Assembly: GCA_046861385.1 (NCBI GenBank)
Contig: JBHHTW010000002.1
Span: forward strand, 32,001-96,000
Direction: 5' to 3'
Source of the DNA: Fidelibacterota bacterium
GTDB lineage: Bacteria; Fidelibacterota; Marinisomatia; Marinisomatales; TCS55
Length of the DNA stretch: 64,000 bases
Shown in pieces: positions 9,474 through 18,958 of this stretch; position 1 is the stretch's first letter, and each line of letters opens with the position of its first letter. The translations under genes and the position numbers were made by a program. The notes under the pieces were generated by a model. The model was not told the DNA's origin and did not search any database. It saw only the letters and a program-made list of their open reading frames with translations.

Positions 9474-9656
9474 GCTTGAATATGAAACTCCTATGGAGTT
9501 TTTTTTGTTCTTTATTTATGCGATAGATATTTAACCCGTACCGGGTTTATTGTTCATCATTCTTCAGTATTTCAAGAAAATCCCGTAGGGATTAAATGTT
9601 TATAGAAAGTAGAGGAAAAATCAAAACACTACTCCAGCGGAATTGAATGTTTAATT
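9474..9656. repeat. Cluster of four related REP-like short palindromes (two per orientation)
   Basis: AAACTCC-TAT-GGAGTTT (9485-9501), AACCCG-TAC-CGGGTT (9533-9547), AATCCC-GTA-GGGATT (9579-9593), ACTCC-AGC-GGAAT (9631-9643); shared AATGTTTA-like tail; about 46-52 nt spacing. Confidence 0.55.
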
Positions 9657-9867
9657 GTTGAATTTATATTGTAGGTAACACCACTCTACAAAAGGAGGGG
9701 AATTCTGATTAAACAAATAATTACCAATCATTAAATGGGGTGATGATAATTAATTTTGACCGATAACGCAGATAAAATTCTGTGTTCAAATAATTGGATG
9801 TGGAAACATTTTGAAGTTCTGAAAGCATGGTTTGGAATTTGAAATTTTTCCTAATCCATATCTCTTT

Positions 9868-9884
9868 ATTGTTAATCTAACAAT
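9868..9884. promoter_or_regulatory. Perfect palindrome, candidate operator upstream of the nuo promoter
   Basis: ATTGTTA-ATC-TAACAAT, 26 nt upstream of the -35 box. Confidence 0.35.
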
Positions 9885-9910
9885 TTCCGCTATTATAGCT
9901 TGAATTGGTG

Positions 9911-9940
9911 TTGCAAAGTGATAAAACAGAAAGCTAAATT
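9911..9940 (+). promoter_or_regulatory. Putative sigma70-type promoter of the nuo(-nqr) cluster
   Basis: TTGCAA (9911-9916), 18 nt spacer, TAAATT (9935-9940), 28 nt before nuoA. Confidence 0.55.
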
Positions 9941-9968
9941 TCCGGCTCGTAATTATACCACATATTGA

Positions 9969-10403
9969 ATGTATCGCGACTTCGGAACCATATTTCTATT
10001 CATCCTCCTCGGGATTATTTTGGTTTGGGTACCTTTGCTTATTTCAAAGCTCGTGGCCCCCAAAAAAGCCACCCCGGACAAACTTTCCACCTATGAATGT
10101 GGAGAGGAATCAGAAGGATCTGCCTGGATCCAATTCAATATACGGTTTTATGTCATCGCTCTTATTTTCCTTATTTTTGATGTAGAAGTGGTTTTCCTTT
10201 TTCCTTGGGCTGTTGTGTTTAAAGATCTGGGCCTACTGGCATTTGTGGAAATGGCCATTTTCCTTCTGATTTTAATTGTCGGATTGACTTACGTGTGGAA
10301 GAAAGGCGATCTGGATTGGGTGAAATACCGCCTGAAATACGGTCGCGGACGGTACAGAAAAATTGCTGGAAAAGAAAAAGGAGCGCCTGTTGGGTCTGCT
10401 TGA
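9969..10403 (+). CDS. nuoA: Complex I subunit A
   Basis: [34 protein letters not shown]; basic C-terminal extension. Confidence 0.95.
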   Translation: MYRDFGTIFLFILLGIILVWVPLLISKLVAPKKATPDKLSTYECGEESEGSAWIQFNIRFYVIALIFLIFDVEVVFLFPWAVVFKDLGLLAFVEMAIFLLILIVGLTYVWKKGDLDWVKYRLKYGRGRYRKIAGKEKGAPVGSA

Positions 10404-10881
10404 GAATAAATTTCAAGATAATGTTGTGGTTGCTTCCATGGATAAATTACTGGGCTGGGCGCGATCAACATCTCCCTGGTTTTTCCAATTCGGGTTAGCA
10501 TGCTGCGCTATCGAAATGATGGCGACTGCTGCCAGCCGTCACGACTTGATGCGTATCGGTATGATTCCCCGCTCGTCACCACGGCAGGCTGATGTAATGA
10601 TTGTTGCCGGAACGGTCACTATGAAGATGTCTTTGCGAATAAAAAAATTATATGAACAGATGGCTGACCCTAAATACGTTATTGCCATGGGTAGCTGCGC
10701 CACCAGCGGTGGTCCCTATTGGCAGCACGGGTACCATGTTTTAAAAGGAGTGGACCTCGTGGTTCCGGTAGATGTATATATTCCAGGCTGCCCCCCAAGA
10801 CCGGAAGCATTGATTGAAGGATTACTCAAACTTCAGGAAAAAATTCAAACAGAGCGACCGCTGACGAAAAAAATCGCATGA
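10390..10881 (+). CDS. nuoB: Complex I subunit B
   Basis: [32 protein letters not shown] start at 10390 after an AAGGAG SD. Confidence 0.95.
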   Translation: MGLLENKFQDNVVVASMDKLLGWARSTSPWFFQFGLACCAIEMMATAASRHDLMRIGMIPRSSPRQADVMIVAGTVTMKMSLRIKKLYEQMADPKYVIAMGSCATSGGPYWQHGYHVLKGVDLVVPVDVYIPGCPPRPEALIEGLLKLQEKIQTERPLTKKIA

Positions 10882-11765
10882 GTGACGAACAAGCAAAATT
10901 AATTCAGGAAGCGGTTGATAAGGCGCTGGCAGGTAATATGGATGCGATCAATAACATTGAAGACCGCGTCACCAGATCAAAAGCCAAAGCCGCTTTAGTA
11001 AAAGCAAAGCGAGAAGCAAAAAATACTGCTGATGCAGGTGAGGAACCTCCAAAATCACATTCTTTAGAAAGGGAAAAATCACTGTTTATCGATAAAGTGG
11101 TTGCGAAAGCACTCTCGGGAGATATGGATGCGATCAATGCCATTGAGGATCGGGTAACAAGGTCTAAAGCAAAAGCGGCCCTTGTAAAAGCAAAACGGGC
11201 AGCGAAACAAGTTTCTGTTGCGTCTGGAGAAACCACTTCCAAAGAGACGGTCGCGACCGAACCTATCCAAGAAAAATCTTTGAATCAAATAGTAGCAGAA
11301 GCGATTGAAAAGAAATTTTCCGGCTCTATAACCGACAATGATGAGAGTGGGCATATTCAACTTAAGAGCGACGATTGGTTTGAAATTGCACAATTTTTAA
11401 AAGAAAACCCTGATTTCCTCTTTGATTCATTACAATGCGTTACCGGATTTGACTTCGGGGAAGAAGGAGCGTTAGAAGTGCGGTATAACTTGCACTCTAT
11501 GACCCATAACCATTCAATTGAAATTCGGATTCAGACTGATCGTAATGATCCGAAAATTCCCTCAGTTGAACAGGTGTGGCGGATCGGCGACTGGTTCGAG
11601 CGTGAAACATACGATATGTACGGAATTATTTTCGAAGATCACCGCAATATGAAACGGATTTTGCTCCCGGACGATTGGGAAGGATGGCCCTTGCGAAAAA
11701 ATTATGTTACACAGGAATTATACCATGGAATCCTGGTTCCGAAAGTGAAGGAAGGATGGGAGTAG
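10878..11765 (+). CDS. nuoC: Complex I subunit C with long repeat-containing N-terminal extension
   Basis: C-terminal [29 protein letters not shown]; about 130 aa extra N-terminus. Confidence 0.9.
   Translation: MSDEQAKLIQEAVDKALAGNMDAINNIEDRVTRSKAKAALVKAKREAKNTADAGEEPPKSHSLEREKSLFIDKVVAKALSGDMDAINAIEDRVTRSKAKAALVKAKRAAKQVSVASGETTSKETVATEPIQEKSLNQIVAEAIEKKFSGSITDNDESGHIQLKSDDWFEIAQFLKENPDFLFDSLQCVTGFDFGEEGALEVRYNLHSMTHNHSIEIRIQTDRNDPKIPSVEQVWRIGDWFERETYDMYGIIFEDHRNMKRILLPDDWEGWPLRKNYVTQELYHGILVPKVKEGWE
10914..11207 (+). repeat. Duplicated 36-aa coding module in nuoC (10914-11021 and 11100-11207)
   Basis: 31/36 aa identical; the core [19 protein letters not shown] is identical. Confidence 0.95.
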
Positions 11766-12874
11766 TTCAGGGAGATTTAATGACCTTGAATATTGGGCCT
11801 CAACACCCCAGTACGCATGGTGTTTTACGGTTAAAAGTAAAAACAGACGGTGAAATCATTTCAGAAGTTGAGCCGATCATTGGATATCTGCATCGTTGTT
11901 TTGAAAAACATTGCGAAAATGTAACCTATGAACAAGTGATTCCTTACACTGATCGCTGCGATTATATTGCTGCCATGAATAATAATCTTGGATATGCGGT
12001 AGCGGTTGAAGAACTGATGGAGTTAAAAGTTCCCGATCGCGTTGAACATATTCGGGTGATTGTGTCAGAACTAAACCGTATTGCCAGTCACTTGTTAGCG
12101 CTGGGTACATTCGGGTTGGATGTGGGAGCCTTTACTCCTTTCTTATACATGTTCCGTGACCGGGAACGAATTTTAGATATATTCGAAGCACTGTGCGGCG
12201 CGAGACTTTTATACAATTATATTTGGGTGGGCGGCCTTTCCCATGATTTCCCAAATGGACTAGAAAATAAGATAATCGGTTTTCTAGATTATTTTGAGCC
12301 CCAACTGGATGAGTACAATAATATATTGACTTACAATAAGATATTCATTGAACGAACTGCAGATGTGGGTGTCATGCCGATAGAGGTGGCAATTAACTAT
12401 GGTGTTACTGGACCCAATTTACGAGGATCTGGCGTTAAATGGGATTTACGCAGGGATGACCCCTATTCAATATATAAACAATTTGATTTTAATATTCCAG
12501 TTGGCTCCGGTTCCGTGGGTACGATTGGCGACTGTTGGGATCGGTATTTCGTGCGGATGTCGGAAATGGGCGAAAGTATCAAAATTATCCGTCAGGCAAT
12601 CAAAGCGCTTCCTGCCGGTGATGTCCATCAAGCGCTGCCCAAAAAAATTCGACCGCCGAAAGGATCAGTATATAAACGAACAGAATCACCCCGGGGAGAT
12701 TTGGGGTATTATATCGAAAGCGATGGATCACCGGTACCGTATCGTTTAAAAATGCGTTCTCCAGCTTTCACAGCTCTCAGCGTTTTGAGTGAAATTTCTT
12801 CCGGTTGGATGATGTCTGATGTGCTCGCTATTCTTGGAAGTCTGGATATTGTATTGGGTGAGATTGACCGATGA
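11756..12874 (+). CDS. nuoD: Complex I subunit D (start 11756 or 11780)
   Basis: NIGPQHPSTHGVLRL, GYLHR, ELNRIASHL, ESPRGDLG, DIVLGEIDR. Confidence 0.95.
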   Translation: MGVVQGDLMTLNIGPQHPSTHGVLRLKVKTDGEIISEVEPIIGYLHRCFEKHCENVTYEQVIPYTDRCDYIAAMNNNLGYAVAVEELMELKVPDRVEHIRVIVSELNRIASHLLALGTFGLDVGAFTPFLYMFRDRERILDIFEALCGARLLYNYIWVGGLSHDFPNGLENKIIGFLDYFEPQLDEYNNILTYNKIFIERTADVGVMPIEVAINYGVTGPNLRGSGVKWDLRRDDPYSIYKQFDFNIPVGSGSVGTIGDCWDRYFVRMSEMGESIKIIRQAIKALPAGDVHQALPKKIRPPKGSVYKRTESPRGDLGYYIESDGSPVPYRLKMRSPAFTALSVLSEISSGWMMSDVLAILGSLDIVLGEIDR

Positions 12875-13947
12875 CTATGGATCAATTAATGAATTGGTTA
12901 CCTTTTTCAGTCGATTGGCCTGCAGCAGCCTTTTTCACTGCAGCACTTATGTGTGGAACAATTATATTTATATTCATTGCTGTCTATGCCCTGATGGCAA
13001 TTTATGGAGAAGTAAAAATTTCATCATTTATGCAGGACAAAGTTGGCCCCATGGGACAAGGGGTTGGATTTCATGCCGGTAAATGGGGGTTGCTGCAACC
13101 GGTAGCTGATGCATTAAAACTTATTTTAAAAGAAGATATTATTTCTGGTTTAGCCGATAAGATATTATTTATAATGGCACCTTATGTCGTGTTTGTCGGT
13201 GCCTTTATTTCATTTGCTGCGTTGCCGGTTAATCAACATACCGTTGTGGCCGATTTAAATATTGGTGTATTTTATATTTTAGCGGTGGGTTCTTTGAGTG
13301 TTATAGGCATCATTTTGGCTGGTTGGAGTTCCAATAATAAATGGTCTCTCTATGGGGGCATGCGTTCCGTAGCCCAGATAGTGAGCTACGAAATTCCGGC
13401 CGGACTATCCATTATTACTGTTATAATGCTTACCGAAACTTTGAGCATGCAGGGCATCGTTGAATTTCAGCAGGGGACGATCTGGGGGATATTACCGAAT
13501 TGGATTATTTTTAATAATCCATTCACATTTATTGCTTTTTTTATCTTTTTCATCAGTGGCGTAGCGGAATGTAATCGAACGCCATTTGATATTCCTGAAG
13601 CAGAATCGGAATTGGTTGCTGGTGCTTTTACAGAATATTCCGGAATGCGCTATGCCTTTTTCTTTTTGAGTGAATATGCTGAAATGTTTGTGATTAGCGC
13701 TGTAGCTTCGACAGTATTCCTCGGTGGTTGGAATAGCCCCATAACGGGGTTTTTTGAAGGTCCCTTTTGGGGTTTGTTTTGGTTTATGGGTAAATCGTTA
13801 TTTTTGGTATTTGTGATGATGTGGTTCCGCTGGACATTCCCGCGCCTGCGCGTGGATCAACTCATGAGTATCTGCTGGAAAGTATTTTTACCTTTTAGTT
13901 TAGTAAATATTTTTGGTGTGGCTATTTGGAGCTTGATTGTTGGATAA
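12871..13947 (+). CDS. nuoH: Complex I subunit H
   Basis: GLLQPVADALKL, AQIVSYE, AECNRTPFDIPEAESELVAG, PRLRVDQLM; ATGA overlap with nuoD. Confidence 0.95.
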   Translation: MTMDQLMNWLPFSVDWPAAAFFTAALMCGTIIFIFIAVYALMAIYGEVKISSFMQDKVGPMGQGVGFHAGKWGLLQPVADALKLILKEDIISGLADKILFIMAPYVVFVGAFISFAALPVNQHTVVADLNIGVFYILAVGSLSVIGIILAGWSSNNKWSLYGGMRSVAQIVSYEIPAGLSIITVIMLTETLSMQGIVEFQQGTIWGILPNWIIFNNPFTFIAFFIFFISGVAECNRTPFDIPEAESELVAGAFTEYSGMRYAFFFLSEYAEMFVISAVASTVFLGGWNSPITGFFEGPFWGLFWFMGKSLFLVFVMMWFRWTFPRLRVDQLMSICWKVFLPFSLVNIFGVAIWSLIVG

Positions 13948-13950
13948 ATA

Positions 13951-14535
13951 ATGCTGAAATATTTTAGCAACATATTTGAATCGATTTCAACCCTGCTGAC
14001 CGGGATGGGAATTACCTTACGGCATATGATGAAAATTCGTAAGAATAATGTAACACTGCAATATCCCGAAGAAAGGTGGCCTCGCCCGGAGCGTGATATC
14101 GGTTTTGATATTAGTGAATACAACATTATTCGTTCCCGTTTGCAAGTGGATATTGATGATTGCATTGGCTGTATGAAATGCGAACGGGCATGTCCTGTAC
14201 AGTGTATCAAAATTCAAACAGTAAAGTCGGGAGCCAAAGGGGAAGATTTGCTGGATATTGGTCATACTGGTGTCACATCAAACGATACAAAAAAAGCACT
14301 TATCGTTACTCGGTTTGATATTGATATGAGTGAATGCTGTTATTGCAATTTGTGTACCTATCCTTGTCCGGAGGATTGTATCTATATGACAGGCGGGCCT
14401 AATTCCAAAAAACATCCCATTGATTATGAATTTTCACAATATGATCGAAACGATTTAATCTTCAAGTTTGCTAAGGAAGTGGAAGATGAAAAATTGGCGA
14501 AATACTTACCCCCAAAAAAGAAGGTTGAAGCATAA
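13951..14535 (+). CDS. nuoI: Complex I subunit I (2x[4Fe-4S])
   Basis: TLQYPEE; CIGCMKCERACP and CCYCNLCTYPCP. Confidence 0.95.
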   Translation: MLKYFSNIFESISTLLTGMGITLRHMMKIRKNNVTLQYPEERWPRPERDIGFDISEYNIIRSRLQVDIDDCIGCMKCERACPVQCIKIQTVKSGAKGEDLLDIGHTGVTSNDTKKALIVTRFDIDMSECCYCNLCTYPCPEDCIYMTGGPNSKKHPIDYEFSQYDRNDLIFKFAKEVEDEKLAKYLPPKKKVEA

Positions 14536-15023
14536 TGGCTGATTTGGCATTTTGGATGATTGTTTTGTTGACACTTGGTTCGGCCTTAACTGTTGTGCTG
14601 AATCGAAATTTGATCTATTCAGCCATTGCACTCTTGTTTACATTTTTTGGAATAGCCGGATTGTATGTGTTCCTTTGGGCTGATTTTTTGGCTGGTGTTC
14701 AAGTGATTATTTATGTAGGAGGTATCCTGGTACTGATCATTTTTGGAGTCATGCTTACAAACCGAATCACATCTGTTAATATTTCCCATACCAGCGTTCA
14801 GCGGGGAATAGGAGCTATTGCTGTATTGGGGTTTTTCGCCATTTTGGCTGCTATGATTAATTCAACTCCATGGCTTCAGGCTGAAGCAACGGAGCCGGTT
14901 CAAACAACGGGTAAAATCGGATATCTCTTAATGATGGATTATTTGCTTCCCTTTGAAGTTGCATCTCTTTTACTGCTCGCGGCTTTGATGGGTGCAGCCA
15001 TGTTATCAAGGAAAACCAATTGA
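14535..15023 (+). CDS. nuoJ: Complex I subunit J
   Basis: ADFLAGVQVIIYVGGILVL, YLLPFEVAS. Confidence 0.95.
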   Translation: MADLAFWMIVLLTLGSALTVVLNRNLIYSAIALLFTFFGIAGLYVFLWADFLAGVQVIIYVGGILVLIIFGVMLTNRITSVNISHTSVQRGIGAIAVLGFFAILAAMINSTPWLQAEATEPVQTTGKIGYLLMMDYLLPFEVASLLLLAALMGAAMLSRKTN

Positions 15024-15328
15024 TGGATAGCCTAAATACGTACCTATTTATCGCTGCGATACTATTCTCTTTAGGCATGCTCGGAGTTATTACACGTCGC
15101 AATGCAATTGCTGTACTCATGGGGGTTGAATTAATATTAAATTCGGCAAATTTAAATTTTTTAGCATTTGCAAAATTTGGCGGGATGAATATGTCCGGAC
15201 ACATTTTTGCCCTTTTTGTTATTATCATGGCAGCTGCAGAAGCAGCGGTAGCATTAGCGATTATTATTAATATTTATAATAATTATAAAACCATCAATGT
15301 GGATGACGTGCGGGAGCTCCGGCAATGA
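15023..15328 (+). CDS. nuoK: Complex I subunit K
   Basis: RRNAIAVLMGVELILNSANLN, AAAEAAVALA. Confidence 0.95.
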   Translation: MDSLNTYLFIAAILFSLGMLGVITRRNAIAVLMGVELILNSANLNFLAFAKFGGMNMSGHIFALFVIIMAAAEAAVALAIIINIYNNYKTINVDDVRELRQ

Positions 15329-17376
15329 CAGGGAATATGTTTATTAATTATTCATTGCTGATCTTGTTTTTGCCTGTGGTGGCATTTACCATTCAGATTT
15401 TTATCGGTAAACGTTTACCGAGGCAGGGAGATTGGATTTCTGTCGGTGCTGTAATCATTACCCTCATTCTGTCGATTGCAATGTTTGCATCCATGCTGTT
15501 TGGACACGACCCGAATTTTTCACAACAAGCTTCTTTTACTTGGCTGAATATGGGTGCATTTAAAATCGAGCTTGGTTTCCTGGTTGATAATATCACTATC
15601 ACCATGCTTCTTGTTGTGGCTCTTATTTCAACCATGACCCACATTTTCTCATTGAAATACATGGAAGGTGATATTCGTTATTCTAGGTATTATGCTTATC
15701 TTGGGCTTTTTACATTCAGCATGAATGGCATCGTCTTGGCAAACAACCTCATTTCCATGTATATGTTCTGGGAATTGGTTGGAGTCAGTTCTTATCTATT
15801 AATTGGTCATTGGTTTGAGAAGGATACGGCTGCCGATGCTGCCAAGAAAGCATTTTTAACCAATCGTGTCGGTGACATTGGCTTTTTTATTGGCATTATG
15901 CTGATTTTTTCATCATTGGGCACATTTGTCTTTTCAGAAATATTTGACGGTATTGCAGCCGGTAAATTGGGTGGAACAGTATTAACCTTTGCCGGTGTTG
16001 GCTTGTTTATGGGAGCCATGGGAAAATCGTCACAATTTCCACTGCATATTTGGCTGCCGGATGCCATGGAAGGCCCCACACCAGTTTCCGCCCTAATGCA
16101 CGCTGCAACAATGGTAGCCGCCGGTGTGTATTTAGTGGTACGTTTATTCCCTTTATTTACTCCGGACGCTTTACTGGTTATTGCTTATGTGGGTGGATTT
16201 ACGGCGCTGTTCGCTGCAACCATTGCCATTACCCAAAACGATATTAAAAAGGTATTAGCTTATTCCACGGTGAGTCAGTTGGGATACATGATATTGTCTG
16301 TGGGAACAGGAGCTTATATAGCCGGTTTTTTCCATTTGGTAACCCATGCCATGTTCAAAGCGTGTTTGTTTTATGGTTCCGGTTCGGTGATTCATTCCAT
16401 GCATCATGCTTTGCATAAGAAACACGATCATAAAACCGATCCCCAGGATATGCGAAATATGGGTGGTTTTAAAGAGAAAATGCCCATCACCTATTGGGCT
16501 ATGCTGATCTGTACGTTGGCAATTTCCGGTGTGCCATTATTTTCGGGATTCTTATCGAAAGACGCCATTTTAGCTGGGACACTCTCATTTGCCAGCCACA
16601 ATCCTGGTCATTTCTTGTTACCGGTTTTTGGTTTTGGCGCCGCTGCCATTACCGCTTTTTATATGTTTCGCTTAATGATTATGACGTTCCATGGTAAACC
16701 GCAAATACCGGAGATTTATGAAGACATTCACGAATCGCCGAAGGAAATGACTTTTCCACTTATTCTACTGAGTGCATTAAGCTTTTTTATTTTCTACACG
16801 TTGCCGTATTTCAACCCATTTTCAGATCATGGTTGGTTTAAAGAAATGATCGTAGCCGGTGATTCGGTTATTCCCGGAAGTGAAACAGCCCATCACATTG
16901 CCGAAGGGATTCATCATGCACATTATACGGCAATGGGATTATCGTTAATTGTTGCAGCACTGGGAATTTTTCTTTCCTGGACAATGTACTTTAAGAAAAG
17001 AATATCCGCTGATAGTTGGGCGGAAAAATTGAAACCCATGTACAATCTGTCCTTCAACAAATACTTTTTTGACGAAAACTATAACAAATATTTATATCAA
17101 CCATTATTAAAACTATCCAGTCTGGTGGCTTACATCGATTGGGACTTGTATGATAAGTATTTCATTAATGGATTCGGTCGTGTAACAAAAATATTTTCAT
17201 TTTTTACCGGCCGTATGGATTATGATGGGCTTGACCAAACAATAGTCGATGGTATAGGCCGTAATGCTCGCCGTGCAGGTGGAGCGCTAAAATATTTACA
17301 AACAGGACGACTGCAAAATTATCTTTTATTCGCCCTGTTGGGAGTTATAATCATGGTATTGGTTCAGTCTTTTTAG
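15325..17376 (+). CDS. nuoL: Complex I subunit L
   Basis: WELVG, KAFLTNRVGD, WLPDAMEGPTPVSAL, AYSTVSQLG, LQTGRLQNY. Confidence 0.95.
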   Translation: MTGNMFINYSLLILFLPVVAFTIQIFIGKRLPRQGDWISVGAVIITLILSIAMFASMLFGHDPNFSQQASFTWLNMGAFKIELGFLVDNITITMLLVVALISTMTHIFSLKYMEGDIRYSRYYAYLGLFTFSMNGIVLANNLISMYMFWELVGVSSYLLIGHWFEKDTAADAAKKAFLTNRVGDIGFFIGIMLIFSSLGTFVFSEIFDGIAAGKLGGTVLTFAGVGLFMGAMGKSSQFPLHIWLPDAMEGPTPVSALMHAATMVAAGVYLVVRLFPLFTPDALLVIAYVGGFTALFAATIAITQNDIKKVLAYSTVSQLGYMILSVGTGAYIAGFFHLVTHAMFKACLFYGSGSVIHSMHHALHKKHDHKTDPQDMRNMGGFKEKMPITYWAMLICTLAISGVPLFSGFLSKDAILAGTLSFASHNPGHFLLPVFGFGAAAITAFYMFRLMIMTFHGKPQIPEIYEDIHESPKEMTFPLILLSALSFFIFYTLPYFNPFSDHGWFKEMIVAGDSVIPGSETAHHIAEGIHHAHYTAMGLSLIVAALGIFLSWTMYFKKRISADSWAEKLKPMYNLSFNKYFFDENYNKYLYQPLLKLSSLVAYIDWDLYDKYFINGFGRVTKIFSFFTGRMDYDGLDQTIVDGIGRNARRAGGALKYLQTGRLQNYLLFALLGVIIMVLVQSF

Positions 17377-17401
17377 GATTTGAAAGGTTAAAGGAAGAGG
17401 A

Positions 17402-18952
17402 ATGGAAACACACATTCTAAGTTGGATTATTTGGATTCCCCTTTTAGGTATGGCGGCGATCGCGTTCGTGCCAAGGGGAAAAACACAATTTATCAAAATG
17501 ATCACTGCTGTTGTAACGGGCGTCCAATTTTTAGCGACCCTTGGACTATGGTCTCGATTTGATCTGTCCAATGGCGGGTTCCAATTTATGGAAAGAGCTA
17601 CTTGGATTCCTTCGTTCAACATTGCCTATATATTAGGTGTTGATGGTTTGAGTTTACCCATGGTAATATTGACTGGATTGTTATTTTTTCTATCAACATT
17701 TGTCAGTTGGAATATCAACCGTGCAGTCAAGGGATATTTTGCCCTGTTCTTATTGTTGGATATTGGCATCATGGGTGTGTTTCTCTCACTCGATTTTTTC
17801 CTATTCTATGTATTTTGGGAAGTGATGCTTTTACCCATGTTTTTCCTGATTGGCATGTGGGGCGGTCCCCAACGAGAGTATGCCGCCATCAAATTCTTTC
17901 TCTATACATTAGTTGGATCCGTGTTGATGCTCATCGCTGTCCTCGCACTCTATTTTACTTGTGGTCGAACATTTGATATGCTGCTGCTCATGGAAAGAGC
18001 TCCAACGGCTTTAAATGGAGTTATGTGGTGGGGAATGGGCGCTATCAAAGTTATTTGGGTATTGCTCTTTATTGGTTTTGCCATCAAAGTACCAGTTTTT
18101 CCGTTCCACACCTGGCTTCCGTTGGCACACGTTGAAGCACCCACAGCCATTTCTGTTATCCTGGCCGGAATCCTTTTGAAGCTTGGTGTTTACGGTATGC
18201 TTCGTATTAACTATACCATGTTACCGGGAGCGGTCTGGTGGTTTGCCGGAGCGTTGGCAGTACTGGGATTAATAAATGTTATATGGGGGGCTATGTGCGC
18301 GCTGGCACAAAAAGATCTAAAAAAGCTGGTGGCCTATTCCAGTGTGAACCATATGGGGTATCTTTTGATTGGAATGTCCGCCGTTATTGCTGCCGGAGCC
18401 GCCAATGGCAATAATGTATTAGCTGCGCAAGCCGGTTTGGGCGGAGCAGTGTTTCAGATGTTTAATCATGGAACGATATCAGCCATGCTGTTTATTTTGG
18501 TCGGAGTTATTTACGAACGGGCACATCATCGTGACATTGAAGGATTTGGCGGGTTGGCAACCCAAATGCCGATTTATTCCGGTATAGTTGCCTTAGCATT
18601 CTTTGCTGGACTTGGTTTGCCGGGCTTTTCCGGATTTGTGAGTGAAGCCATGTGTTTTATCGGTGCATTCCCTGTTTTTAAAGCAATTGTTATTGCTTCA
18701 ACCATTGGTATTTTATTAAATGCCGCCTATTTCCTATGGGCATTTCAACGGATGTTCATGGGGACCTTGAATGAAAAATATAAAGATCTGCCAGAAATAA
18801 ACCGGATGGAACTTTTCACGGTGGTTCCTCTGGCAGTAATAACATTATTCTTGGGTATTTATCCCAAACCCTTTTTGGATCTGATCAGCAGTACGATGAA
18901 TGTGATTATTGATACCGTGGCCAATGTAAGCAGTTTTGCAGGAATTTTTTAA
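17402..18952 (+). CDS. nuoM: Complex I subunit M
   Basis: LGVDGLS, FWEVMLLPM, PFHTWLPLAHVEAPT, AYSSVNHMG, LGLPGFSGFVSE. Confidence 0.95.
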   Translation: METHILSWIIWIPLLGMAAIAFVPRGKTQFIKMITAVVTGVQFLATLGLWSRFDLSNGGFQFMERATWIPSFNIAYILGVDGLSLPMVILTGLLFFLSTFVSWNINRAVKGYFALFLLLDIGIMGVFLSLDFFLFYVFWEVMLLPMFFLIGMWGGPQREYAAIKFFLYTLVGSVLMLIAVLALYFTCGRTFDMLLLMERAPTALNGVMWWGMGAIKVIWVLLFIGFAIKVPVFPFHTWLPLAHVEAPTAISVILAGILLKLGVYGMLRINYTMLPGAVWWFAGALAVLGLINVIWGAMCALAQKDLKKLVAYSSVNHMGYLLIGMSAVIAAGAANGNNVLAAQAGLGGAVFQMFNHGTISAMLFILVGVIYERAHHRDIEGFGGLATQMPIYSGIVALAFFAGLGLPGFSGFVSEAMCFIGAFPVFKAIVIASTIGILLNAAYFLWAFQRMFMGTLNEKYKDLPEINRMELFTVVPLAVITLFLGIYPKPFLDLISSTMNVIIDTVANVSSFAGIF

Positions 18953-18958
18953 ACGAAC

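Noticed and set aside
9306-9968. Possible CRISPR array, riboswitch or ncRNA in the long intergenic region
   Set aside because: Repeats are short, degenerate and in mixed orientation; no cas genes; no riboswitch consensus that I can recognise. An Rfam scan would be decisive.
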